64,000 nucleotides of DNA, taken from positions 32,001-96,000 of the forward strand of contig JBGSMD010000038.1 in assembly GCA_041740355.1 (NCBI GenBank), read 5' to 3'. The notes below the pieces were generated by a model. That model made no database searches. It was not told where the DNA came from and was given only the letters and a program-made list of their open reading frames with translations. The position numbers and the translations under genes were made by a program. Shown in pieces: positions 1 through 10,372 of the stretch (positions are counted from its first letter, which is position 1; each line of letters opens with the position of its first letter). Source of the DNA: Bdellovibrionota bacterium. GTDB lineage: Bacteria; Bdellovibrionota_C; UBA2361; CALJRW01.

Positions 1-1
1 G

Positions 2-238
2 GAAAGCCCTACTTGCGATTACTACGACTATTACGTCACCCCTCGGGATGTAGTCTCAAAAATGATCGTTCAATGCTGCCTACCAAGTCTTACAAATAGC
101 CAACAGAAAACATGTTTTCGAAATAAACTTCGCGAAGTTAGATTAGCAAAAGCTATTCCTCAAAGACTGCGCCAGCAGACACGCCTAATAGTCAATAATT
201 ACATAGCGGATCCCGAAGTGTTTTGCACCGAGCGCTAA
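2..238 (+). CDS. 3' end of a hypothetical protein entering from the left edge (partial)
   Basis: Frame 2 is open from base 2 to TAA at 236-238 (ESPTCDYYDYYVTPRD...EVFCTER*); not in the ORF track because the start lies outside the window. Confidence 0.6.
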   Translation, partial: ESPTCDYYDYYVTPRDVVSKMIVQCCLPSLTNSQQKTCFRNKLREVRLAKAIPQRLRQQTRLIVNNYIADPEVFCTER

Positions 239-436
239 CTGGCTCCTAAAAAATAAGTCTGAGATTTAATATAATATCTATATGCAGAAGACCCCTGTTG
301 TTAGGACAAACTAAGTTGATTATTAGTCAGTTGTTAAAGAATTAAAATATTAAACGATACCTTACCTAAGAGGCTATTTCTAAATTGGTTGAATTATAAA
401 GTTTAATCAAAATAACTCCTTGATGTGAAATAAAAG

Positions 437-805
437 TTAGGCCTCTTTTGATTTAAGACTTAACTCGTCATAAAGGTTGCATGCGATTCGGGAGATACGT
501 AAATCAAGTTTTTTGCTGCGACGAAATTGATCCGTAATAGTCAAAAAATATGCCCCATGAGAAGCACCCACATTAAACCCAATTTCATACTTGTAACCAC
601 TATCCTCAGTAACATAGCAATGTTTTAAAGTATCCTCAGATACTTGAAGTGAAGTCCAACTTTTAACTTTAACTAAATCTTCAGTTTTTTTGAGAAAAGA
701 TTCCTGTTCAGGTGTAAGCCTAAGTCGCTCGCCAAGCTCCGTACTAAATGATTGATCGTAGAGTGCTCGTAAATGCATCCTGAAACTAGACGGCATGGTT
801 GGCAT
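437..805 (-). CDS. hypothetical protein
   Basis: 122-aa ORF with protein-like composition; no recognised motif. Confidence 0.5.
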   Translation of the reverse strand: MPTMPSSFRMHLRALYDQSFSTELGERLRLTPEQESFLKKTEDLVKVKSWTSLQVSEDTLKHCYVTEDSGYKYEIGFNVGASHGAYFLTITDQFRRSKKLDLRISRIACNLYDELSLKSKEA

Positions 806-1025
806 AAATGTCCTAATTCCATCTCCAGGAGGACGGAACTTACTGTTGGTGAGTCCATATTACGTCACTAAAAGGACGCACTAGTAAGATAGTAATTCAG
901 CAAATTAACAGCTATAAACCTAATGAATTAGTGAAAAGTTCGGGCTATGTTAATACCAATTCCTAACTTTGTAGAAGCCAAATATTCATTGACTAACAGT
1001 CATTACTTGTTATATTTGCCTAAGC

Positions 1026-1065
1026 GCATCTTATTAATAGAATAGAGCATCTTATTAATAGAATA
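1026..1065 (+). promoter_or_regulatory. 19-bp direct repeat (GCATCTTATTAATAGAATA x2, 21-bp period) just upstream of the 1081 start
   Basis: Copies at 1026-1044 and 1047-1065; could be an operator or a simple slippage duplication. Confidence 0.4.
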
Positions 1066-1080
1066 TAATACAATCAAAAT

Positions 1081-2523
1081 ATGGAAAAAAAACGCCAACT
1101 CCCAACCTTCTTACTTATCGGATTATTATTATTGCTTGTTGGTGTCCCGTCTCTTAAAAGTTTGTTTAAGCGTAGCTCATTCCCTGAAAATCTCTTATTA
1201 AATTCTCAAGACTATCAAGAGAGTCCTGTTACAATTGAACTTCCTGCAGATGCCGTCAAATATAGACTCTTCGATCAAGACTTTAACAGTCTGAATGTCC
1301 GCAGTTTGGTTGCAAAGCTTATTAAGGCTCATGCCGAAAAGTTGGAAAGTGAGAATGAACAAGAAAAATTCTACCTTCTAAATAAGGTTCCAGGAACTGG
1401 CAAATTTAAACCTTTTAAAAATTTAACTAAGATTAAAGTAACAAAAGAAGGTGCTGTTTATGGAATAAGTCCTAAACGAGGAAAGGAAACTTTACTTTAT
1501 AATTTCAATCATCCGGCGTTTTTTGATATTAAAAAGATAAAAGAAATTGCCAATAAAAAGATTGTCAAAAAGAATGGTAACTTATTAGAATTAGAATTTA
1601 TTTCAGATAACTCATCTACAGAAGCCTATCCTACCTTGGGGATTAAAACGATAATTGTGGTTTTCTATGATACAGAGAACATCCCACTTAGTAATGCGGT
1701 TGAGATTCCATTAGAAGAGGAAGCCTTTGCAGAAAGTAGACAAATACCAGTCCCTTCTCCGGAACCTTCTCCGGAACCTTCTCCGGAAGAATCTCCTTCA
1801 CCTTCACCTTCACCTTCACCCGAGGATGGTAAACATCTTGCATGTGTCGACTTTTATTGTCAGAAAGTTGATGGCGAAGGAGCCGATACTTGTAATGACG
1901 GCAATGGCAACGGACTTCCAGAATGTAGCCACCGAGCATGCGTTGGAAGAGTTTGCGAGCGTGTGGATGGTGGTGGGGAGGATGAATGTGTAAGTAGCCA
2001 AGGCGAGTGCTTTCATAAAAAGTGTGTCGTCGAAAACGGTCAAGATATTTGTAAAGAATTTGATGGTCCAGGGGAGATGGCATGCCTTGGTAATTTTCAA
2101 TGCAGGCAGAGAGCAACTCCGACTCCATCAGTAACTCCTTCAATGACTCCAACACCGACTCCTTCAGTGAGTCCAACGCCGACTTCAACGCCAACGCCTA
2201 GCCCAACACCTAGCCATTTAGCATGCGAAAATAAACGCTGTGTTCTTGTAGAAGGTGCTGGTGAAGATTTATGTGAAACTAGCGAAGGTGATTGCTTTCA
2301 TACTGACTGTGTTACTGAACCCGATCCAAACTATCCGACAATGCCGGGAATCGGAAAAATTCCTAAAACTGTTAAGAAGTGTAGGGAGATTGCTGGGCCA
2401 GGCCAATCGTATTGTAGCAACGATCAACACTGTAATCCACTTCCATCTCCATCTCCATCTCCATCTCCATCTCCATCTCCACTGGCGGATGATGACTACA
2501 TCGATTCGATTTATGATCGCTAA
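1081..2523 (+). CDS. membrane-anchored or secreted protein with Cys-rich repeats separated by Pro-Ser/Pro-Thr linkers
   Basis: N-terminal hydrophobic stretch (FLLIGLLLLLVG); about five modules of the form H..C....C..V.G.G.D.C; PSPEPSP, PTPTP and PSPSPS linkers. Confidence 0.8.
   Translation: MEKKRQLPTFLLIGLLLLLVGVPSLKSLFKRSSFPENLLLNSQDYQESPVTIELPADAVKYRLFDQDFNSLNVRSLVAKLIKAHAEKLESENEQEKFYLLNKVPGTGKFKPFKNLTKIKVTKEGAVYGISPKRGKETLLYNFNHPAFFDIKKIKEIANKKIVKKNGNLLELEFISDNSSTEAYPTLGIKTIIVVFYDTENIPLSNAVEIPLEEEAFAESRQIPVPSPEPSPEPSPEESPSPSPSPSPEDGKHLACVDFYCQKVDGEGADTCNDGNGNGLPECSHRACVGRVCERVDGGGEDECVSSQGECFHKKCVVENGQDICKEFDGPGEMACLGNFQCRQRATPTPSVTPSMTPTPTPSVSPTPTSTPTPSPTPSHLACENKRCVLVEGAGEDLCETSEGDCFHTDCVTEPDPNYPTMPGIGKIPKTVKKCREIAGPGQSYCSNDQHCNPLPSPSPSPSPSPSPLADDDYIDSIYDR
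2443..2481 (+). repeat. (CCATCT)6 hexamer tandem repeat encoding a Pro-Ser linker
   Basis: Directly visible in the sequence. Confidence 0.9.
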
Positions 2524-2696
2524 TAAAATAAGTTCAGCCTTTCGATTCTGAGTCAAGGCGCATGCCTTGGCTCAGCTAAAAAGCAGTCAAAGATGCAGTC
2601 CCATCTATCTAAAATGTTGTATAGGCGCTCAATTTTTGGAATGAATTCTTTAGCTAGTAAAGTAAAACTATTCTAGACCAGAGAATAACCTCCTTA

Positions 2697-3520
2697 CCGG
2701 GAATCCTCGAAATTCCTAAAACTGTTACGAAATGTAAGGAGATTGATGGGCCAGGCGTATCGTTATGTAGCAACGATCAACACTGTATGCCAGATCCTAC
2801 ACCATCTACATCTCCTACTCCAACTGCGACTCCAATAGAGGAAGATCCTTCACCTGATCGACCAACAGAGGAAGATCCTTCGCCGGATCAGGAAGATAAT
2901 CGTCCATCTCATCAAAAGAGGTCTAAAAATAATCCGCTTTTTGAACTTAATTCTGCTATGGCCAATGTTGATGTTCTGGCATTAGCTAAGGCCTCAGTTG
3001 CTAATCAAGGTATCCGTCTTGGATCTGCCGATGCCCCAGTCAAAGTTGAAGTGTTTCATGACTTGAAGTGTGGAATGTGTGGGTATTGGTTTCAGGATAT
3101 CCTTCCTAAGCTAAGAGCAGTTTACGTTGTAAAAGGAGATATTCAATTTAGCTTTATAGATGATCCATTAATAATGAGAGAGCCAGGAATAACATTAGCC
3201 TCAGCAACCTTCTGCGCCGGAGATCCGAATAAATATTTGGCATATGCCCATAAAATCTATGCTGACATGAAAACAAGCGACACAAGTAAAGTTGATCAAT
3301 ATACTAAAGATTTGAATTTAAATTTGCCGATTTTTAAAAAATGTCTAGCTGACAAGGGAAAAATTAATCAACTAAATGCTAACGTAAAACGAGCTTCGGA
3401 AGAAAATATCAATGGCACACCAATGTTTTTGTTAATGGTAAATTAATCAAAGGGGCACAACCGACAGAAGTTTTCAGAGGGGCTTTCCAAAGTGAACTAA
3501 AGGAGCTTCCCCAATTATAA
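2697..3520 (+). CDS. DsbA/thioredoxin-fold oxidoreductase preceded by one Cys-rich module; 5'-truncated and frameshifted (pseudogene or sequencing error)
   Basis: LGSADAPVKVEVFHDLKCGMC (CxxC) and INGTP cis-Pro motif; adding one T in the run at 3426-3430 restores PMFFVNGKLIKGAQP...QL* ending at 3520; 2697-2786 is in frame and paralogous to 2344-2433. Confidence 0.75.
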
Positions 3521-3539
3521 ATAAACGAGCATCAGGAAA

Positions 3540-3685
3540 TATAGTAAGCCCAGAAAGTAATTTCCAATAGGAATTACTTTCTGGGGCTTACTATCCCCCG
3601 GAGGGATAATAAAATCATATAGTTATGATAAAAATCACAAAACTAACTTTTGAATATTCGGAAATTAGTTTTTGTCATAACTATA
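3540..3685 (+). mobile_element. TA-flanked double-hairpin MITE, copy 1
   Basis: TATAGTAAGCCCAGAAAGTAATT..AATTACTTTCTGGGGCTTACTAT hairpin, CCCC..TAAAATCA linker, then TATAGTTATGA..TCATAACTATA hairpin; same layout at 52980-53117 and inverted at 36628-36775. Confidence 0.8.
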
Positions 3686-3691
3686 AACATT

Positions 3692-4147
3692 TTATATCTC
3701 TGCTTGATTTTTAAAACTGTTTTCTGTCTTACATCCAGCAAGGACGTCGTGTGAAGTTACTGATAACACAAGATATTGGGATACTATATAGAATAATGTT
3801 TCTGCAATAAGATAAGGGTATCCTCCGTAGTTTTCGAGCCCGGTAAAAATAAGTGCCACAATTCTAAATGTCACAAGACTCCCATATAAAACTACCGAGA
3901 ATAACAAGACATCCTTAGTTAAATTTTCTTTAAAAAGCCCACAGCTAAATACAACACATAACGCAAACTCTAATCCCCCATAAACTGTAATAAACTCGAC
4001 TAAACCTTTTTGATCGAGTAACTCAATGCCAAGTGCGCCCGCAGCTTCTGCCGGATAAAATGAACAATAGCTACTAAACCCCAAATACATTAAGGCATTA
4101 AGGATCAGAAAACTTTTAACAAAATACTTGAGATAAGTTTTTCCCAT
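3692..4147 (-). CDS. small four-helix membrane protein (DUF4345-like)
   Basis: Hydrophobic helices with EFITVYGGLE motif. Confidence 0.6.
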   Translation of the reverse strand: MGKTYLKYFVKSFLILNALMYLGFSSYCSFYPAEAAGALGIELLDQKGLVEFITVYGGLEFALCVVFSCGLFKENLTKDVLLFSVVLYGSLVTFRIVALIFTGLENYGGYPYLIAETLFYIVSQYLVLSVTSHDVLAGCKTENSFKNQAEI

Positions 4148-4675
4148 ACAAAGTCTAAAAATCCTATAAAATTTTATTATTATAATAAGTAATAATAGTA
4201 GACAAAAAATTTAGCGCTTATGATTCAGATCATAGAACGACACTAGTCCTATGTTGGTATTCAGAAATATTATTTATAGTCAAAAAACCATCAATATCTG
4301 GGATTATACTTTTAATTCGATTAATTGATATTTGTAAATAAATTACTTTTGTTACTAAGTTTTTTAATAAGTATACATATGAAAAGCAAAGACCAACTAC
4401 TAATGGCTATAATTGATAACTTAACTTCTCCCGAAAAAGAAAAGGAATTTGTTCGGGTTGTCCTAACTTTTAAGGAAGATGGGCGTCCCGAATACTTAAA
4501 ACGGATCAAGTAGTATCAGCATTATTTTTCTTGCAGATTAAATCTTACTGAATTTTATCCTAATAGGTAATATTAAAAACTATCATTTATTTTAAGGTAT
4601 TTTTTTATCCTTAAGTCACTGAGTATGATCAAGATCATTCTCAACTGCTGATTAGCTTGTTAAAAATAATAGAAA

Positions 4676-4933
4676 TATAGTAATGACAAGAAATAATTTA
4701 CTGCCTGCCTAGCCGAAGCTTCAGCGAAGGCTGGTTAGTAAATTGAACAGAGTCATTACGGCTAATGCAAATCTTGGATTTCCACCTTCGCTTCCACCTT
4801 CGCTAAAGCTTCGGCGGACAAGAAAGCTATGGCGGACAAGTATCCAAGTTTGCATAGCTAAAAACAACATACATAGTGAGTCCAAGCAAAATCGTTAGTT
4901 TTTTAAAATAATTTAATTTTTGGACTCACTATA
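4676..4933. mobile_element. expanded MITE-family copy (TATAG...CTATA) carrying inserted 30-bp REP-like units
   Basis: Ends TATAGTAATGAC.. and ..TGGACTCACTATA resemble the MITE arms in reverse orientation; three internal hairpins, two with GC-rich inserts in their loops. Confidence 0.6.
4704..4840. repeat. three ~30-bp REP-like palindromic units (CCTTCGCT.AAGCT..GGC core)
   Basis: One unit at 4704-4734 (reverse orientation); a complete unit at 4793-4822 sits inside a split unit (4781-4792 plus 4823-4840). Confidence 0.75.
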
Positions 4934-5015
4934 AACAATATTAAAATTGTTTTATGACTATCATTAGATGCTACACTCTAATATAATTAACTAGTTTTAA
5001 TTTTCGGTAATTGCA

Positions 5016-5378
5016 ATGAAATATTTATTGAGTACATTATTCTTACTTGCTTTAAGTAATTCTTTAGCTGCTCAAAGTGATGTTTTCCCAGATCCGAGTG
5101 CGCCTGAGAATAATATCAATTCTTTATCTATAGAAATGAACCCAAGCTGGTTAAAGTGTGTCGAAGACATTGACTGTACGCTTGTCCAGAGCAGCTGCCA
5201 AAAGTGGCTTCCAGTTGGAAGGGAAAGTATTACCGACTATCAAGGATATTTGACTAAAACTCCGGAAGATTGTTCAAATGTAATAAAAGATTTAACGAAA
5301 CCAGAAGTTAAATGTGTTGATCAGATTTGTCGAGCTGATGGCACAATGGAGGCTCCAACTAGTGAAATGTTGAATTAG
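5016..5378 (+). CDS. secreted Cys-containing hypothetical protein
   Basis: Signal peptide (MKYLLSTLFLLALSNSLAA) and six Cys including CVEDIDC. Confidence 0.75.
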   Translation: MKYLLSTLFLLALSNSLAAQSDVFPDPSAPENNINSLSIEMNPSWLKCVEDIDCTLVQSSCQKWLPVGRESITDYQGYLTKTPEDCSNVIKDLTKPEVKCVDQICRADGTMEAPTSEMLN

Positions 5379-5449
5379 TGCCTTTATATTAATAGATTTA
5401 AGCATATTAAAAGACTCTAACTCTGCTTAGAGGGAAGACAAGGATTTGT

Positions 5450-5783
5450 TATCAATGGCACATAAACATACTCAATGTAATCTCTAGCCAAATGCTTGGA
5501 GTAATATTTTTCACGACATAAAATATCTGCTTTTTTTGTTAGCGGCCCACATAGTTTTGAATTAGTTAGTAGTCATTTCAAAGCATCGGCCATTTGGGAC
5601 AGTATTATCAAGTTCTACTAGCAATCCGGTCTCTTGATCTTTAATATATTCCGAAACTCCCCAAACGTTATTAGCCACGACAGGAATGCGCATCAAAATT
5701 GCTTCCATTGCGGAACGACCTAAGGCTTCAAATAGAGGTCTAAGACGGGAACAATGAGGAGACAAAGACTTTGCCAGATTCAA
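5450..5783 (-). pseudogene. glycosyltransferase family 4 C-terminal remnant
   Basis: EALGRSAMEA...PVVANNVWGVSEYIKDQETGLLV is the GT4 E-x7-E region; no N-terminal domain; left boundary approximate. Confidence 0.65.
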
Positions 5784-6000
5784 TTAATTCTTGATATATT
5801 GTAAAATGTTAACTATTCAAGTTTGCTGTCCTTAGTCAATTAAAGGCCTAATAAATTAAAGAATTATTTCAAGAAATCTAGTGAGAGGCATGATCTTGAT
5901 TTTACTGGATTTAAGCTGATTGTTAGCAGGTAGAGTTTAAGTTATCTCGTAATTAAGACCCAAATTCTCACAGTTTAATCTAATCATTCATAACTATCTT

Positions 6001-6525
6001 GTGCCTCAAGAACTAAACAAATCCAACATTACTCAAACAGATAGCCGAATATTAATTTGTCGTGGCAAAGATGATTTAATAAAATCTGAAATCAGTGCTA
6101 ATTTCCACAAATTAACCATCCAGCCACCAAAAAGTTTTTCTTTCCACTTTAGTATTGGAATTGCAAGTATCATCCTTGCCTCACTACAAGATCCAAACCA
6201 ACAAGTACAGGTGATCTATGGCAAAGATAGAGATGTACCTGTTGGCTATGCTCATATAATTTTAAACCCTCAAACTCGAAATGCTGAAATTAAGCTCATT
6301 GAAACTTTTAAAAAAAGAGATGGCTATGGCAGCCTATTACTTACTAACATTAAAGAACTAGATGTTGACCAACTAAATGCTACTGTTTACAAAAAGCCCA
6401 ATCCAGAATTGTTTCCTTTAAAAATAGATTTTTACAAAAAGAATGGTTTTATTCCTTCGAAAATTAAACCAAATTCGATCACATTTACGTGGAATCGAAG
6501 ACAAGAAGAATCACTTACAACTTAG
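6001..6525 (+). CDS. GNAT-family acetyltransferase-like protein
   Basis: KKRDGYGSLLL (acetyl-CoA binding motif) and FYKKNGF C-terminal motif. Confidence 0.65.
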   Translation: MPQELNKSNITQTDSRILICRGKDDLIKSEISANFHKLTIQPPKSFSFHFSIGIASIILASLQDPNQQVQVIYGKDRDVPVGYAHIILNPQTRNAEIKLIETFKKRDGYGSLLLTNIKELDVDQLNATVYKKPNPELFPLKIDFYKKNGFIPSKIKPNSITFTWNRRQEESLTT

Positions 6526-6800
6526 CTCTGAATCTTTATTCGTGTAATTACTTATCAACTATCTGCAAGACAAAAATCACTAAGCACTACTTAATGGTTT
6601 CATTTTTTTGGGAAGGACGTCAAAGTTCTAATCTTGATGAACTTATGTTTAATATTAAAATTTAAATCTTATGCGCGAAAATTTACTTTCGCAGAACTGT
6701 TCCAGAGCTAAGATGCTTTAATCAATAATATTCGCTATGACTTATTTAATAATCATGTATTCATTTAGGGGGGAGTAATTACTCCTAAAACTCTTCTCGA

Positions 6801-7409
6801 TCAGAGAATGCAACGCGCATTTTTAATCGTATTAGGAAGATAGTCCGTGGTAATAGTTCCATTATTTTCCTCGTTAGTAGAAAAAGTGGAAGTATATCGA
6901 TAAAATATCGCTACACCTGGAGGAAATGGGGCAATTCGGAGGTTACTTCCAGTACCATTACAATGAAAGGCTGTCACATACTTAAATCCACCAGGTCCTC
7001 CAGCTGAGGAAGTTCCTCCTACTACAATACTTAATGATAATACTACTTTTAAAGGATGCGAGTAGCCGGGCAGATAGTTATTAATAACAGTCAAATCTGT
7101 GCTACTGCAGGCCGGAGTTGCATTAGTGCTTGTGCATGAAGCAGCACCACTTGGATTAAAGGTAAAGTTTACAGTAGCAACAGCGGGTGGATTGTTTTGC
7201 TTAATCGGTGGCATTGCCTCAAAGGATATCCGCATATTATTTATGGCAGAAATGGCATAGGTATCATAGACACGAGCTTTATAATCATTATAGTTTGACA
7301 CTGATAGACTCGCGAGTATCCCTAAGATGGTAACTGTCACCAATAATTCAACTAGACTAAATCCTTGGTTTGATTTCAAAACTATTATTGATTTTACATC
7401 TTGATACAT
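6801..7409 (-). CDS. type IV pilin-like protein (prepilin peptidase cleavage/methylation motif)
   Basis: QG|FSLVELLVTVTILGILA; shares LPGY.H and HC.G motifs with the 36917 and 37848 proteins. Confidence 0.85.
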   Translation of the reverse strand: MYQDVKSIIVLKSNQGFSLVELLVTVTILGILASLSVSNYNDYKARVYDTYAISAINNMRISFEAMPPIKQNNPPAVATVNFTFNPSGAASCTSTNATPACSSTDLTVINNYLPGYSHPLKVVLSLSIVVGGTSSAGGPGGFKYVTAFHCNGTGSNLRIAPFPPGVAIFYRYTSTFSTNEENNGTITTDYLPNTIKNARCIL

Positions 7410-7729
7410 ATTGATACTATTCTCACATTTTTACTTATAGAATACTAGCTAAGGTCCTTTTTTATTTATTAGGAACCAGCAATCCAAGCTTCTTGCTGAT
7501 CTAGAGAGAGTACAAAATGAGTTGTATTATGGAATTTATTTTTTGAAGAGTCAGTGGATAGCAAGGTTTGAATACCAAACAAAACATTGATACTCAAACC
7601 AAAAGGGATTCCGAAAAGAATTTCAGAAGTTACTTTATGTCATTACGAGAGATCTTTTATCTTAAGCTTCTAATATCGAATCTTAGTTAAAGATAGAAAT
7701 AAACAAGCAAATTTTTTAAAAATCTTTAC

Positions 7730-9862
7730 TTAAATAATCATCCGCACATCAACAACTTTACCTCCCAATCCTTGCTCATAAACAAGTAGTGGATTTAAGT
7801 CGATCTCTTTAATCTCGGGAAAGTCAGTAACTAATTGTGAAAGTCTAAGTAAACAATCTTCTAAGAGTTGCAGATCTACAGGTTTAAATCCTCTGGTGCC
7901 AGCAAGTATCGGGTAGGTCTTGATCGACTCAATCATTCTGGTTGCACTAGCTTTTCGAATCGGCGCCCTTCTAAAAGATACATCTTTAAATATTTCAACA
8001 TATGTACCACCTAATCCAAACATTAGGAGTGGACCCAATTGTGGATCCCGATGCATGCCAAGAATAACTTCCCGTCCACCTTTAGGTGCCATTTCTTGTA
8101 ACCAAATCCCGGTAATATTGGCCATTGGTTGATGTTTTAAGACCTCTTTAATCATCTTTTTATAGGCAGGCAAGATCTCTTCTTCTGAAGTGATATTTAA
8201 AATAACTCCACCGACATCAATTTTATGAATAATATCAGGAGAAACTATTTTCATAGCTAGTGGATATGCTAGCTTTTTGGATTCCTTAAGAGCTGTGATT
8301 TCATTTTTTGCAAAGGCAGATTTTAGCATTGGAAATCCATAGATACTTAGAATTTCTTCGACATCTGCAGCTGGAATTTGATTGAGTTTTGCTTTCTTAC
8401 TTTTTTTAATTATTGCTTGCGCTTTTTTAAAATCAACTTGGTACTCCACAAAATTTGATTTAGGTCGGCTTATCCAACTATGATATTCAAACATTCTTCC
8501 AAGAACATTTGCTGCTGACTCAGGAAATGGATAATGAGGAATTCCATTTGCTCTCAATATTTCGACACCTTTAGAAACATCGACAATTCCCATGAATGTA
8601 GCCAATAAAGGTTTCTTTTTCTTCTTCCCATACTTAGCAACGATCCTTGCCGCCTCTTCAATGTCCGTCATTGATTGGGGAGTTAGGATCACTAATACGG
8701 CATCAACATTTGGGTCATTGTAAACTCCATGAAGTGCTGCTTGATAACGATCGCTTAAAGCATCGCCGATAATATCGATTGGATTATTCAAACTAGCTGT
8801 ACTTGGAAGATGTTTTTTCAATTCTAGAATAGTTTCAGGATTGAGTTTAGCCAATCTTAATCCAGCTCTGATTGAAGCATCAGTAGCCATAATTCCTGGG
8901 CCACCAGCATTGGTAATTATTGCAATTCTGTTCCCCTTAGGAAGGGGCTGATTTGCAAAACCAACCGAAAGATCAAAAAGCTCACTCACCGTATCAACTC
9001 TTAAAATTCCAGACTGTGCAAATATTGCATCGTAAGATTCATCCGTTCCAGCCAGAGAACCAGTGTGAGAAGATGCCGCTTCCGCGCCAGCTGCTGTTCT
9101 TCCAGATTTTATAGCTAAGATTGGCTTGGTACTCGTTTGTTCCCGAGTAATCTTACTACTAACATCAATTAGTTTTTTTGCATCTATAAAATCCTCGATA
9201 TACATTAAGATAACATTCGTTAACGGATCGTTACCTAAATATTCCAATATGGTCACTTCATTTGATTGCGCTTTATTTCCAATACTTACAAACTTGGAAA
9301 AGCCCATATCAATGCCTTTGGCATAATCTAAAATGGCAGTACAAAGAGCGCCACTTTGCGAGACAAAAGCAATTGGCTCTTGTTTGGGCATAGTTCTGGC
9401 AAAACTAGCATTAAGTGAAACGTTAGGATCGGTATTAATAACACCCAAACAATTTGGTCCGACCAATGTCATCTTGAATTTATCAACAAGCCTCCGAACC
9501 TCTTGCTCTAAAAGTAAACCTTCAGCACCTACTTCTTTAAATCCAGCAGAGACAATAACAATTCCTTTAACCCCTTTTTTGGCACAATCTTTAATTACAG
9601 CTGGAACTAACTGCGCCTTTACGATTAAGACGGCAAGATCAACACTATCGGGAACATCTTTAATTGTCGGATATGTTTTAATACTAAGAATACTCTTAGA
9701 ACTTGGATTAACAGGATAAACAACTCCAGTGAATCCCCCCTTTAAAATATTATCTAAGATGCTGTAACCAACCGACCCCTTTCGCGAGGAGGCTCCAATC
9801 ACAGCAATTGAAGTTGGAGCAAAAACACTATCGCAATTTTGAAAATTAGTTTCTTTTGACAT
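7730..9862 (-). CDS. ADP-forming acetate/acyl-CoA ligase, fused alpha-beta (AcdAB type)
   Basis: SIAVIGAS CoA-binding start, GPNCLG, SQSGA, ASSHTGSLAG phospho-His, NNPID, C-terminal ATP-grasp (IHKIDVGGV, EIDLNPL). Confidence 0.92.
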   Translation of the reverse strand: MSKETNFQNCDSVFAPTSIAVIGASSRKGSVGYSILDNILKGGFTGVVYPVNPSSKSILSIKTYPTIKDVPDSVDLAVLIVKAQLVPAVIKDCAKKGVKGIVIVSAGFKEVGAEGLLLEQEVRRLVDKFKMTLVGPNCLGVINTDPNVSLNASFARTMPKQEPIAFVSQSGALCTAILDYAKGIDMGFSKFVSIGNKAQSNEVTILEYLGNDPLTNVILMYIEDFIDAKKLIDVSSKITREQTSTKPILAIKSGRTAAGAEAASSHTGSLAGTDESYDAIFAQSGILRVDTVSELFDLSVGFANQPLPKGNRIAIITNAGGPGIMATDASIRAGLRLAKLNPETILELKKHLPSTASLNNPIDIIGDALSDRYQAALHGVYNDPNVDAVLVILTPQSMTDIEEAARIVAKYGKKKKKPLLATFMGIVDVSKGVEILRANGIPHYPFPESAANVLGRMFEYHSWISRPKSNFVEYQVDFKKAQAIIKKSKKAKLNQIPAADVEEILSIYGFPMLKSAFAKNEITALKESKKLAYPLAMKIVSPDIIHKIDVGGVILNITSEEEILPAYKKMIKEVLKHQPMANITGIWLQEMAPKGGREVILGMHRDPQLGPLLMFGLGGTYVEIFKDVSFRRAPIRKASATRMIESIKTYPILAGTRGFKPVDLQLLEDCLLRLSQLVTDFPEIKEIDLNPLLVYEQGLGGKVVDVRMII

Positions 9863-10372
9863 TATTAGAATTAGTTATTAACAAATTCAATCTACTAGAC
9901 AATAAGAAAAAATGAAACTTATTGTTATAATTAAATACATAGATGAGTGCTTTCAAATTTGATGTCATTGATTATGGATCTTACATCCTTCAATTTAAAC
10001 CCCTAGGGATCTGCCCCGATAAGCAACTTAATCTTCAAGCCCTAAGTGAGACTTAATTTTTATTACATGCAAATCTTTATAGTTAGTGATTTTTTTGGAT
10101 TGAAGTAATTTTGGGCAATCTTAAATGAAGACTCACCATTTCATAAGATAACTTCAATGAGAAAAATGAATTAGAATTATTTACCGGAACGATACTCTCG
10201 TAAGCATAGTAAAAGAAAGCTACAATTTACTGCTAGAGCCAGAAAAAGTCTCGTTGCAATTTGATATTGCTCAATAAGCAACTGGCCTAGAAAGCTTAAC
10301 TCTATAAAAAATATTTACTTCGATGTTTAACAGAGAATTATAATAGAATATATTAAAAAATTTAAATCAAGT

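Noticed and set aside
673-858. 61-aa ORF overlapping 437-805
   Set aside because: Alternative frame of a longer ORF with no independent support.
1688-2556. Alternative-frame ORFs with LHLHLH or RWRWRW runs
   Set aside because: Shadows of the Pro-Ser hexamer repeats in the 1081-2523 gene.
4321-4513. Two overlapping 62-aa ORFs on opposite strands
   Set aside because: Short, AT-rich and motif-free; a small plus-strand peptide from 4379 is possible but unsupported.
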